Assembly: GCA_043228905.1 (NCBI GenBank)
Contig: JBHGNT010000011.1
Span: 18,104,001 to 18,168,000, forward strand
DNA: 64,000 bases
DNA from: Azolla caroliniana
Taxonomy: Eukaryota > Plantae > Polypodiophyta
Direction: 5' to 3'
The position numbers and the translations under genes were made by a program. Within the stretch, counting starts at the first letter, position 1. Each line of letters opens with the position of its first letter. The notes below the pieces were generated by a model, which was given only the letters and a program-made list of their open reading frames with translations, made no database searches and was not told the origin of the DNA. Positions 27,121-41,301 of this stretch are shown here, one piece after another.

Positions 27121-28323
27121 GGAAGACATCAGGAACCCAACATCAGATATAAATTTGGACGACTTACTGCTCTAATGAATTCATAGACAGTAAAATAATC
27201 AACCTACTATAAATATGAAAGTTTGAACGTACCCTGTCTCACAACAAAAGACAATTCCTCTGGTTGTGACTTGCGCTTGTGAAATAGTAGCATGGATTCC
27301 TCATCAACAGTAAATCCATCATATTCATATGAACCATCTCTAAATTACCTGCCCTATAATTCCTAGTTAGCAAATATTTGATCCTCTTGAAGTAATAATC
27401 CAACATCTGAAACAGTAGTAACCTCAGGTTTCTTTGAAAGAAAAGCCATGCCTATTGCAATATTTAAGCAATGGAAATAACGATTGATAAATTCCTTGCC
27501 ATTAAGGATCTAGAGACCAGAAATTTATAAATGGCGCACTCCTCACATCAGAAACTTGTACATCCATTAACTTAGCAGACGAGATAGATTACAATTTCCC
27601 AATAAGAGAACTACTTAATTTAGAAATAGAAGTCATTATTACAATTGTGTGGAAACAAATTTGAAAGCTTTAGATCAACCTAAATCTAAATCTCCTATGA
27701 CATTAGTACATATTTATCCTCATGTTTTTCATCACTGAGGTTTGTTACATTAAGCTGAGCATCACTTTCTCAAAAGCATCAGAAATGCGTAAATTCACCA
27801 GAAAGCCCGTCATTATTACACCATATTCAGGTTCAATGCCGTTGATTAAAATATCTAACTCACCACCTTTTACATGGGCAGTCTTATATGTTCCTTTATA
27901 ATCTCACAAATAAGTCCAGAGCTTATCAATTAGAATTGCATTGTTCCAGGAAATCTTACATGTACCATCGCTTTCTTTACAAGAAACTGAAGGCGAACTT
28001 CCTATCTTCCAAATGAAGCTTCCACAAGAAGCCTAATTTATGGCTACCAAGGAAATTCCTTCAAATGTTGCGTCAACTTACAAAAGTTTGCACTTTCTTA
28101 TATTAAAAGACCAGTAGCTATGATAGAACTTTACAGTGATCTAGACCTAAATTGGCTAGTTTAGGGTTACCATGGAAACTCCTTGAACAAATAACATCCG
28201 CAGAGAAATAGATTAAAATTTCTTAAATCAAAAGATCACTACATTTAGCGATCCTAATTAGCATTAGAGTGATTGGAAACAAAATTGAAAGATAACTTTA
28301 CATCAACCTAAATCTAAAATCAA

Positions 28324-29079
28324 CTAGGCATCACTATCACTATCATCATCATCCTCCTCCTCTTCATCACCAAGCTCTGCAGCATTAAAACGGACATTAC
28401 TATTACTCTTCCGTGTTCTAGAAGATACAATGTTGTTAAGATCAACTTCATCAAGAGGATCTTCAGATAAGTATCCTGCATCATCCTCATCATCTTGTTC
28501 TTCATTATCACTATCAACCTTAGCTTTACCCTTACCTTTATCATCAACCATGACACCTTTTCCTTTCACACCCGAATCATTGAGCTTTCCTTTTCCCTTG
28601 CCAGCAAGACCTTCTTCTTTATTTTCTTCATCTGAATCTTCGTCAGATCCATCCTCGTCCTCATCGTCCTCGTCATCCTCGTCTTGTTCATCTTCTTCTC
28701 CTTCATTATCCTCAGAATCAATTTCGGATACCAAATCTTCTTCTTCAACATCATGATCGATATCCTCTTCTTCCTGCAATCCCTCTTCTCTGTTTTCTTC
28801 TTGTGGAGCTTCTAACCTTTCTTCCACCAAGACCTCCCCTGTTCCATCTGTCCCAGAGCATTCTAGAGCCGCAGAGCAAGAGCCTCCAGTCTCTGAGAAG
28901 GATTTCAACTCCGAAACGTTCCCGGCCGTTCCTGATGCACCATCCACGCGCTCAGGGGTTACGGCAACGTCTTCAGAGGAGCTCTCTCGAGGCTTTTTCG
29001 AAGGTAGGGGATCGTCGGGGCCTGCGGTCTTGCGTTTGAGAGGGGCTTCGGAGGGCCCTCGTTCTGTGACGGACTCCAT
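28324..29079 (-). CDS. Highly acidic, probably nuclear protein with a C-terminal CHZ (Chz1 histone-chaperone)-like motif
   Basis: Single-exon ORF from ATG 29079 with a basic PLKRK..KKPR NLS-like segment, long D/E tracts, KGKGK repeats and the motif EDPLDEVDLNNIVSSRTRK. Confidence 0.75.
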   Translation of the reverse strand: MESVTERGPSEAPLKRKTAGPDDPLPSKKPRESSSEDVAVTPERVDGASGTAGNVSELKSFSETGGSCSAALECSGTDGTGEVLVEERLEAPQEENREEGLQEEEDIDHDVEEEDLVSEIDSEDNEGEEDEQDEDDEDDEDEDGSDEDSDEENKEEGLAGKGKGKLNDSGVKGKGVMVDDKGKGKAKVDSDNEEQDDEDDAGYLSEDPLDEVDLNNIVSSRTRKSNSNVRFNAAELGDEEEEDDDDSDSDA

Positions 29080-29112
29080 GGCTGCCTTCACTTCTCTGAG
29101 ACACAGACTCAG

Positions 29113-29156
<44 letters not shown>

Positions 29157-29249
29157 TGATGTGATTTGCTTGTTGGTTGAGTGCGGAGGCCCTTCCACAT
29201 TGGGTGGGTAGGGGGGGGAGGGTACCTACTTACTGCAATTAATACCTAT

Positions 29250-29435
29250 TGTATTGTATAGTAATGTATGTATATATCATATATGTATGTAATGTATATA
29301 TCTATGTATGTATGTATGTAATGTATGTATATATATATGTATGTAATGTATATATCTATGTATGTATGTATGTAATGTATGTATATATATATATGTATGT
29401 AATGTATATATGTATGTATGTATGTATGTATGTAC

Positions 29436-29487
<52 letters not shown>
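29250..29487. repeat. Compound (TATG)n/(TA)n/(TG)n microsatellite
   Basis: Directly visible low-complexity run upstream of the acidic-protein gene. Confidence 0.9.
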
Positions 29488-29490
<3 letters not shown>

Positions 29491-30489
29491 GATGTCTTAA
29501 TAAAGAATATTTCTTATATAGTGCGTCTTCCATAAGCATGGGATCGAATTAACATTGTGATGTCTTACTATAATTGTTGTGATGTCTGATACTATTGTAG
29601 ACGAATTGATGTGTATGCAAGATCAAGGAATGTATATATGCTATGAGGTGTATAACTAATCCTATGTTTCGAGCATAACTAATCGTGTTTCAACTGTCTA
29701 TAATGTAATGTATGTTTGTAATATTCCCGTAGAATCGTTTCATCAAAGACCCTTGGCCAGCCAATGATTGTGCACCCTATAAACGCTTGGAATGAGTACG
29801 ACAGAGAACGAGAGGTATTACCCTAAGAATCCAAGCCACACAAACACATACTTGTGTTGGGTGAGCCATGTCCTACACAATTTCAATTTCAATATTCTTT
29901 AGATACATTATGGAGTTTGCGTTAAGGATGAACTAATAGCAGTAAGTGTGTGAATGTGCGACAACTTTGTTGGCCATAATATCATGCCACCCTAGAAAAC
30001 ACATTATACAAGTTTGGCACACCTTGGAAAAATGACCACTATTGACATAGTAGATCTGGATCTTTTGAATCCCTTCCACACCTCGTCTGTATTAAGCACT
30101 TGTTGGCATGGATTTCCTAAGCAAGGGGTCGGTAACACATTTGATGTTCACCTGAGTTTTTCATTGCAATTGGAATCATATATTCACAAAAAGGACCATT
30201 TGTATGCACCAACATCACGAAATCCCATGGATGGATGCATCTCAATCATAGAAACCTTAGAAATTCATCAAAGTCAATTGCAATATTTGTGGATAAGAGA
30301 GTATGGAGCCTAGCTTGTAGGATCAACGTCATGAAAACAAGCCTTATTGTGGCATTATAAAAGCTGAATTCAATTGCTTCCATGCAAACGCTCACGAAAA
30401 ACTATTCTTATTCAGCATCCTTATCAGTGCCAAAACAATAATTAAATTTTAAATTTCTGATATGTTGACCTTCATTGCAAATTAATATA

Positions 30490-30613
30490 GGCAAAAGTAC
30501 CAAGATACCCCTGGAAGTTCGTCTATTTACCAGGGGTAGTTTGGTAAATTTGGAACTTCCAGGGGCATTCTGGTAAATAGACGAACTCCCAAGGGTATCC
30601 TGGTACTTTTCCC
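30490..30613. mobile_element. Mutator-type MITE (124 bp)
   Basis: ~43-bp terminal inverted repeats (GGCAAAAGTACCAAGATACCCCTGGAAGTTCGTCTATTTACCAG and its near-perfect reverse complement ending TACTTTTCCC). Flanked by a perfect 9-bp direct repeat ATTAATATA at 30481-30489 and 30614-30622. Confidence 0.88.
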
Positions 30614-31079
30614 ATTAATATATATAAATATATTATTGTGAAGCCTACCAATTGATGTAAAACTGAGTCCGTATGTTTATGAGGCATAATATACATATGT
30701 ACATCAAGATATAAATATGTATATGTATGTATGTATGTAATCTACACGTATATGTGACTGCATTTCAAACATTTCAAAACCTCCATACACAAGTTTACAT
30801 GGCCTTAATTTCCTTCATTGTGGTATCCTTTGGCGTCTTATTCTGATTCTAATAGAGGAATCATACATTCAATAATAGCCTGCCCAATACATGGGCGGGC
30901 ATGGCCAAAGGAAGGGCGTTGCCATATTTGAGATGGCTAGCCAGAACATGAGTTTATTGCTTGATCAATATTTCTTTTTTACATGGAAGGGGAGAAAAGC
31001 CTCCAGAACTCTGTCCACTTTCTTCAAGATGAGACTTAGGGAATAAGAGGACTCACTGAATTTCCCCTGTTTTTTCTTT

Positions 31080-35299
<4,220 letters not shown>

Positions 35300-35883
35300 T
35301 CATTCAAAGAAACCAGATGTTATGCAGAATACGGTATTTGCAAGAAACTACGTGGAAGGGAAGAATGAATATATATATATATATATATATATGGTTATAA
35401 AGAGCGAAATGTGCAGGTTTTTCTGTAATTCCTGGTGGGATTTCTTCTTGCTTCTCGTTCGAACAGATAGATGATAAGAGGCGATCTTGAAAGACTTGAT
35501 AGAACTCTCTGAATCTACGATAGAAAGAAGAAGAAGAAGAAGAAGAAACGCAGAGATGCCAGAATGTGCTTGCTTGTGTTGCTTTTGATTCAAACAGAGG
35601 ACCCAGTAGGTTATGGATGTGGCGAGATCTCTCTCTCGATCGATCGATCGATCGATCAATCTCGATCTGACTGTAGTAAAGAGCTCAGAAGGTACTTTCC
35701 TTTTGATCAGGAGAAGAAGAAGAAGAAAGAAGAATACAAAGCGAGCTTATGCTAGCAGAAGAAGAAAAAGAAAAAGGAAGGAAGGAATTGTGGCTATGGC
35801 GAAGGAAGGAAGGAAGGAGCAGGAGCAGGAAAGAAGAGGCAGGGGGAAGGAGCAGTCAAATGAACGCTGCGCCAGATCAGCAG

Positions 35884-35982
35884 GATGCCACGTCCGCCAT
35901 ATCCCGAACACGTCACGTCAGAGGGGTTCCCCATTTGGATGCCACGCAGCCGGATCCTTGCCACGTCAGATGCCACGTGGGC
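35884..35982 (-). promoter_or_regulatory. Cluster of ACGT-core (G-box/ABRE/C-box-like) elements upstream of hexokinase
   Basis: GATGCCACGTCC, ACACGTCACGTCA, GATGCCACGCAG and GCCACGTCAGATGCCACGTGG within about 100 bp. Confidence 0.6.
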
Positions 35983-36085
35983 GGCTCTGTTCTTCAAGAG
36001 ATCCAGTACATAAATCTTTGCCCTCCTACAAGTCAACCCGGGGAAAATTCCCGCTCCCCCCCCCCCCCATCTCATCTCTATTCTC

Positions 36086-36131
36086 CTTGACCCTTGACCC
36101 TTGACCCTTGACCCTTGACCCTCGACCCTTC
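36086..36131. repeat. (CCCTTGA)n heptamer tandem repeat
   Basis: About six units of CCCTTGA/CCCTCGA. Confidence 0.85.
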
Positions 36132-37547
36132 CGTCTCTCCTTTCCTCCTTCATGGATGGCTCCTCTCTCATTCATTCTAATAACGCAGAGAGTGGGAAGG
36201 ACCCCACCCCGGTCCCCCACCCATCGCCTCCTAATATATATGTGTTGCTTCCAAGGAGCGCCCCCTGATTGAACCACCATGATTCTCATTTGGCTCCGTG
36301 GGTGGTGGTTTCCTCCCCCTCCTTTTCATTACTTGTTGCCGCCTGTCCACGGTGGCACAATCCTCTCCCTCATTTTCTGGGGCCTCGAAGTCAAATGGTC
36401 ATTAAATTCGCGTAGGTGGAATGCCTTTTTTGGGGATTTCTTGTGCTCTCCTCGAGACAAAATGTTGTGGCTCGTGCGTTTTTCGAGGAGCTTGAACTTG
36501 GAACCGCCATCGGTTAGATTAGCTTTGTTTATTGTTTAGTTTATACCTTCATTATGAGCCTGAAATCGAACGATCATTGATTGGATCGGTTCCTTTTGTA
36601 TTTGGCATACCGACTTTCTAATAATACTAAACGTATCAATATGCTCTAGTAAGCAATATCACAATGTTGAAGCTCAAACTAAAGCAATAACAATTAATAA
36701 CTAAATAATCAACGTGCTTATGTAGTTACAATCATATTCCTTAGTACTTGCATAACATAAGACGTGAATGACGCAAATCAACCATGTCCTTTTGTGCTCA
36801 AACATGCTCGCCGACTAGACTTTTCAACATACTGTATACATTTATAACAATATTGCTTACCACATAGGGAAGCTATGACATATGCAATGACGTAACCCAA
36901 TCATTTGTCCTTATTTTTAGCTTAACCACATGGTGGATATTTTTACATTTGCCCTGTTGCTTGAAAATAGTCATTATGCAAAGGGGAAGTTGAAGTCTGT
37001 TTGTTGTGTTGACCTTGTAATAAACATGTCAAACAAATGCTTTCCATCTTTGCAATACCTTAGCAACACAAAGTTGGCAACGACAATAACTTCCTAGTTG
37101 CGCCTTAGGAAGTTAGTAGTAGTGCAATGCCATCTTAGCATATAATTTGCTCGTATAAACTAGGATATTTTTCTCTATGTGCTATGTTGTTCTCGGCATG
37201 CTTATGGAACAGTATGACATAAGCAATGACATAACTTAATGAGGTCACCCCAACAAAAAAAAAAAGTATTGGTAACACTACGTGGTTGACATCAATTGCA
37301 ACATCATGTCATTTGTACATTCTAGTTCATGTATGGGAGATGGAAGGGATATACTTATAGAGGATATGCTCGCATTAGGACTATGGGATATTACCGGAAC
37401 AATACACTATGTACAAGTTTATCACGTTTATAAAACCAAGTGATAAATGCCAACTACGTATGTCCAATGTGTTGTTTACATTTATATTTGCAAATTAAAA
37501 TAAAAGAGTGACTTTTGACCTATGTAAAGACTTATTCATGATTATAT

Positions 37548-38861
37548 TGTGAAATGCACATAAGAGATCAAAACCAGTCTCCTTAGCTTCTTACTTCTTA
37601 ATCAATTTATAGTTGATACAACGAAACCCATTTGGGTTGGCCTGGCTAAAAAGGGTGTGCTAAAAGGGTGGGTCATTTTGGGCACACGCATCCTAAAAAG
37701 GGTGTGCTAAAAGGGTGGGTCAACTTGGGTACGTGCAACTAAAAAGGGTGAGCTAAAACGGTGGCACAAAGGAACACATGCACACCACATTTCCCCCTGC
37801 GAGAAACAAGAGATTGAGGGGCATCAGTGACCATGTGTGGTCCTTGCCGGGAACTGGAACGGTCCTCGCTGAGAGTTGGAACACGAACACCAACGGGCGT
37901 GAGCAACCATGTTGTCCTCACCGAGAATTGGAACACGAACGAGTGAGTGACCATGTGGCCCTCACCGGGAACTGGAACATGAACAACAACGGGCATGAGC
38001 AACCATGCGGTCCTCATCGGGATCTGGAACACGAACAATAGTTGGAGTGAGCGGCCATGTGCGGTCCTCACCGGAGACTGGAACACAAACGGGAGTGAGC
38101 GACCATGCGGCCCTCACTGGGAACAGGAACACGAACGGGAGTGAGCGGCCATGTGCGGCCCTCATCGAGAACTCGAACACGAACGGGCGTGAGCGACCAT
38201 GCGGCCCTCACTAGGAACTAGAACACGAACACCAACGGGCATGAGCGACCATGCGGCCCTCACCGGGAACTTGAACACGAACGGGCGTGAGCGACCATGC
38301 GACCTTCATCGGGAACTGGAACACGAACACCAATGGGAGTGAGTGGCCTTGTGCGGACCTCACCGGGAACTGGAACACGAACACCAACGGGAGTGTGAGT
38401 GGCCTTGTGCGGCCCTCATCGAGAACTAGAACACGAACCCGAAAGAAACTAAAAAATAGAGACAATGAAGCGATGTTGATGATGAAGCGGTGGATATCGG
38501 GAGGCCTAACTAGTGAACTAAGGCAGTGCTAATAGAAGAGATACTACTACAAGAGACTAACAAGAGTGTCGGTGATGGTGGTGAGGGTGATGCTACCTAC
38601 GAAGCGGAAGAGGCGGATGCTTGGATGTGGGGGACCGGTACCCCGTCGTCTCCACCAATATGTGAAATGCACATAAGAGATCAAAACCAGTCTCCTTAGG
38701 TTCTTACTTCTTAATCAATTTATAGTTGATACAACGAAACCCATTTGGGTTGGCTTGGCTTGGCTAAACATGGTGTGCTAAAAGGGTGGGTCAACTTGAG
38801 CACACGCATCCTAAAAAGGGTGAGCTAAAAGGGTGGCACAAAGGAACACATGCACACCACA
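37548..38861 (-). mobile_element. Non-autonomous LTR retrotransposon (TRIM-like) with an internal tandem array
   Basis: TG...CA LTRs at 37548-37789 and 38661-38861. A PBS (TGGTGGAGACGACGGGG) lies 3 nt from the right (5') LTR on the minus strand, and a PPT (AGGGGGAAA) abuts the left (3') LTR. ATAT flanks both ends. No gag/pol coding sequence. Confidence 0.9.
37825..38439. repeat. About 12 copies of a 46-56-bp GC-rich tandem unit inside the TRIM
   Basis: Consensus GAACACGAAC(ACCAAC)GGGCGTGAGCGACCATGCGGCCCTCACCGGGAACTG. Confidence 0.9.
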
Positions 38862-41301
38862 ATATCATAAAGAAATCTATTTTTAAATGTAAAATTGTTT
38901 GAAACTACTTTTTCTTTTTCTTTTTTCCAAAAATCACTACTTCACATTATTAGCAAACCGAATACAACAAAGTTCAACTCAAATCCACAATGGGATCAAT
39001 ATATATAACACAGAGGAACCACCCCAAAACACGCGACCCTTAGCCCCAACAAAACTGAAACAAACCCCATTTTACACCATCTTTACTCATCCAAATGCAC
39101 TCTTTTATCAATTATACCTACATATTTACATCCCATGTACAATATTGGGAGCCATCAGCAGAAACAACCACCTAGGCGCCTGGTAGTTCCAGTTATGCCT
39201 CGTCGAAGATTTGACCATCATGGGAGAACCACCCCAATTTCAGCAAGAACTTAGACCTTGCCCTTTCTGCTTCATTCGATTCCCCCTTAATTGAGCCATA
39301 TATCGCGAATGAATGCATATACATAAAACAACACTAATGGTGCTTGCTAAGGCTCCGAGTAACCCCAGGAGAGACCACGGACTTGAATCCACCGAATGAT
39401 AGGGATGCCACGCAGCCAAGTCACTAGCTCGAACCAGATATTTAGCATCACCTCACCATATGAGAGCTTTTGCCACTGAAAAACTAACAACGCCTAGTCC
39501 AAATGTGCCATACTGATAAACACGCTACCACTCTACACCATAAATCCATGTCCCTGTGGGTTTAATTGTTCCGCCTAGCCTTCCCCATTTAGGGTCAAAC
39601 CCTGTACGGAACCCCACACAACGTTCCCATTCACACTGCAAGCTACCACAATTCTAAGGCTTCTACTCCAAATGCTAATCGCCTCTATATAGTTCCAAAA
39701 ACAGTGAAAGATTGATTCCAAAGCATGTCCAAGTATCTTACAGCCAACCTCAACTTAATTATGTAAAGTGCTAATTAATTAACATAGACATTGATTAGTC
39801 CTTCATTACATAATTAGATGATAATTCCCATAATCAATGTTGATAGTTCAATAGTGTGATTTGGATTTTATTACACATGGGGGTATTTTGGTAGAATTTA
39901 GTAGTATTGTGATTGTTTAATAAAGAAAGGATATCGCTTTCATAGATATTGTACACAACATTAGCAATGACAAACGTGTTGGTTTGAACATTGCAAAAAC
40001 TGTGAATTAATTGCTTTATAATTTAACCTACTCAATTCAACTTGGTTCAAGTTTAAGTATTAGAATAAAACTTGGTGCTCAAGTGTGAAGGGTGATTTGG
40101 TGTTTTTCCTAAATTTATGGTTTATTGTGCTCATTAAGTATTAACATAAAACATTTGTGTTACAACATCAAGGGTAATTTGGTGTTTTCTCCCAAGTTTA
40201 ATGGTTGATAGTATTTTTAAAATATTAGCATAAACATTTGTGTTCATACAATGAGAGATACATATGAGAATCCTTTATGAAAAATAAAAAGCCCAATTCA
40301 TCTCAAGTTTATTATTATTTTGGTTACGGAGAGACACATGCAAGAGCATCTAGCAAAAACACAAAATCCACTCGATGTCCACTTCACTACAAAAATGATT
40401 GTAATGAACTCGACATTCGCACAATTTGATTTTATAAATAGTCTATTGGGCAAGTTAAGGAACCGCCAATGGCACATCATAAAACTGCAATGCAATTGTA
40501 AGGGATAAGCTTGTACTTATCGTATCCACATTGGATGTGTGGAGTACAATGACAACATGATGATATTGATTTGCATCTATCCTTGTCAAGTCAAGTGCTT
40601 GTCGACATTGGAACATCAAATATCTTTTTATGGGAGAAGACAAACATGTTCATTGTATCTCTCACAACCCACACTAAATGTGGACTTTACAACCTTAAAT
40701 ATACTAAATAGGTATTGCCACTCTCAATTCATGAGTTATTGGTGATATAAACATCTAGGAAGATCTTGATTCCAAGAGAAATTGACAGTTGATAGTTGAG
40801 ATAATAGCGATAAATACACTTATTAAGCTTTGATAACTTATATACACTAATAAATAATAACGATGATAATAATATAACCATATTTTTAATGCAAAATGTA
40901 ATGCATCCAATCAAAGTATCCTCATATTAGAAATCCCAAAGCAATAGTACGACTCGTGTCTATTTATAGGTAGAATGCCTGCCCGACTCCATTGGGCAAG
41001 CATTTTAGATCACTAACATCTATTCAAGCTATGTTTACATTCGTACATGACCTAAATAACCTAACCACTAACAACAACATATGTTCACGTAGATGCTAAT
41101 GTTATTGTTTCACGAAGATTAGACACAGAATATCTATGCAGACCATTCCTGCACTTATGAGACAAGGGCAGCAAACTCAGGGCACCAATGCCGAGAAGAG
41201 TTTTGGATAAAAGTGTAGGCCACCACAAAGAGATAGGTCAAAGTAACATGGACATAAAAACTCTTCCATTCATTTGTTTTCTTCTTTAGAATTAACTACA
41301 C

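Noticed and set aside
28430-28756. Ser-rich + strand ORF
   Set aside because: Antisense shadow of the D/E-rich CDS.
29700-30360. Possible non-LTR retroelement relics (also about 39000-39700 and 60740-61000)
   Set aside because: Too degenerate to support without a profile search.
35613-36289. 100-160-aa ORFs upstream of hexokinase
   Set aside because: Derived from GA-rich, (GATC)n and heptamer repeats in promoter/UTR sequence; no domain signal.
37825-38439. CRISPR-like appearance of the regularly spaced repeats
   Set aside because: The units are contiguous with no unique spacers, the context is eukaryotic, and the array sits between LTRs.
37739-38532. Several 70-115-aa ORFs inside the LTR element
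   Set aside because: They arise from GC-rich 46/52-bp units that shift frame, and show no gag/pol motifs.
38630-38657. tRNA-Ala gene
   Set aside because: Only the 3' ~28 nt with an encoded CCA are present, at the PBS position; there is no cloverleaf.
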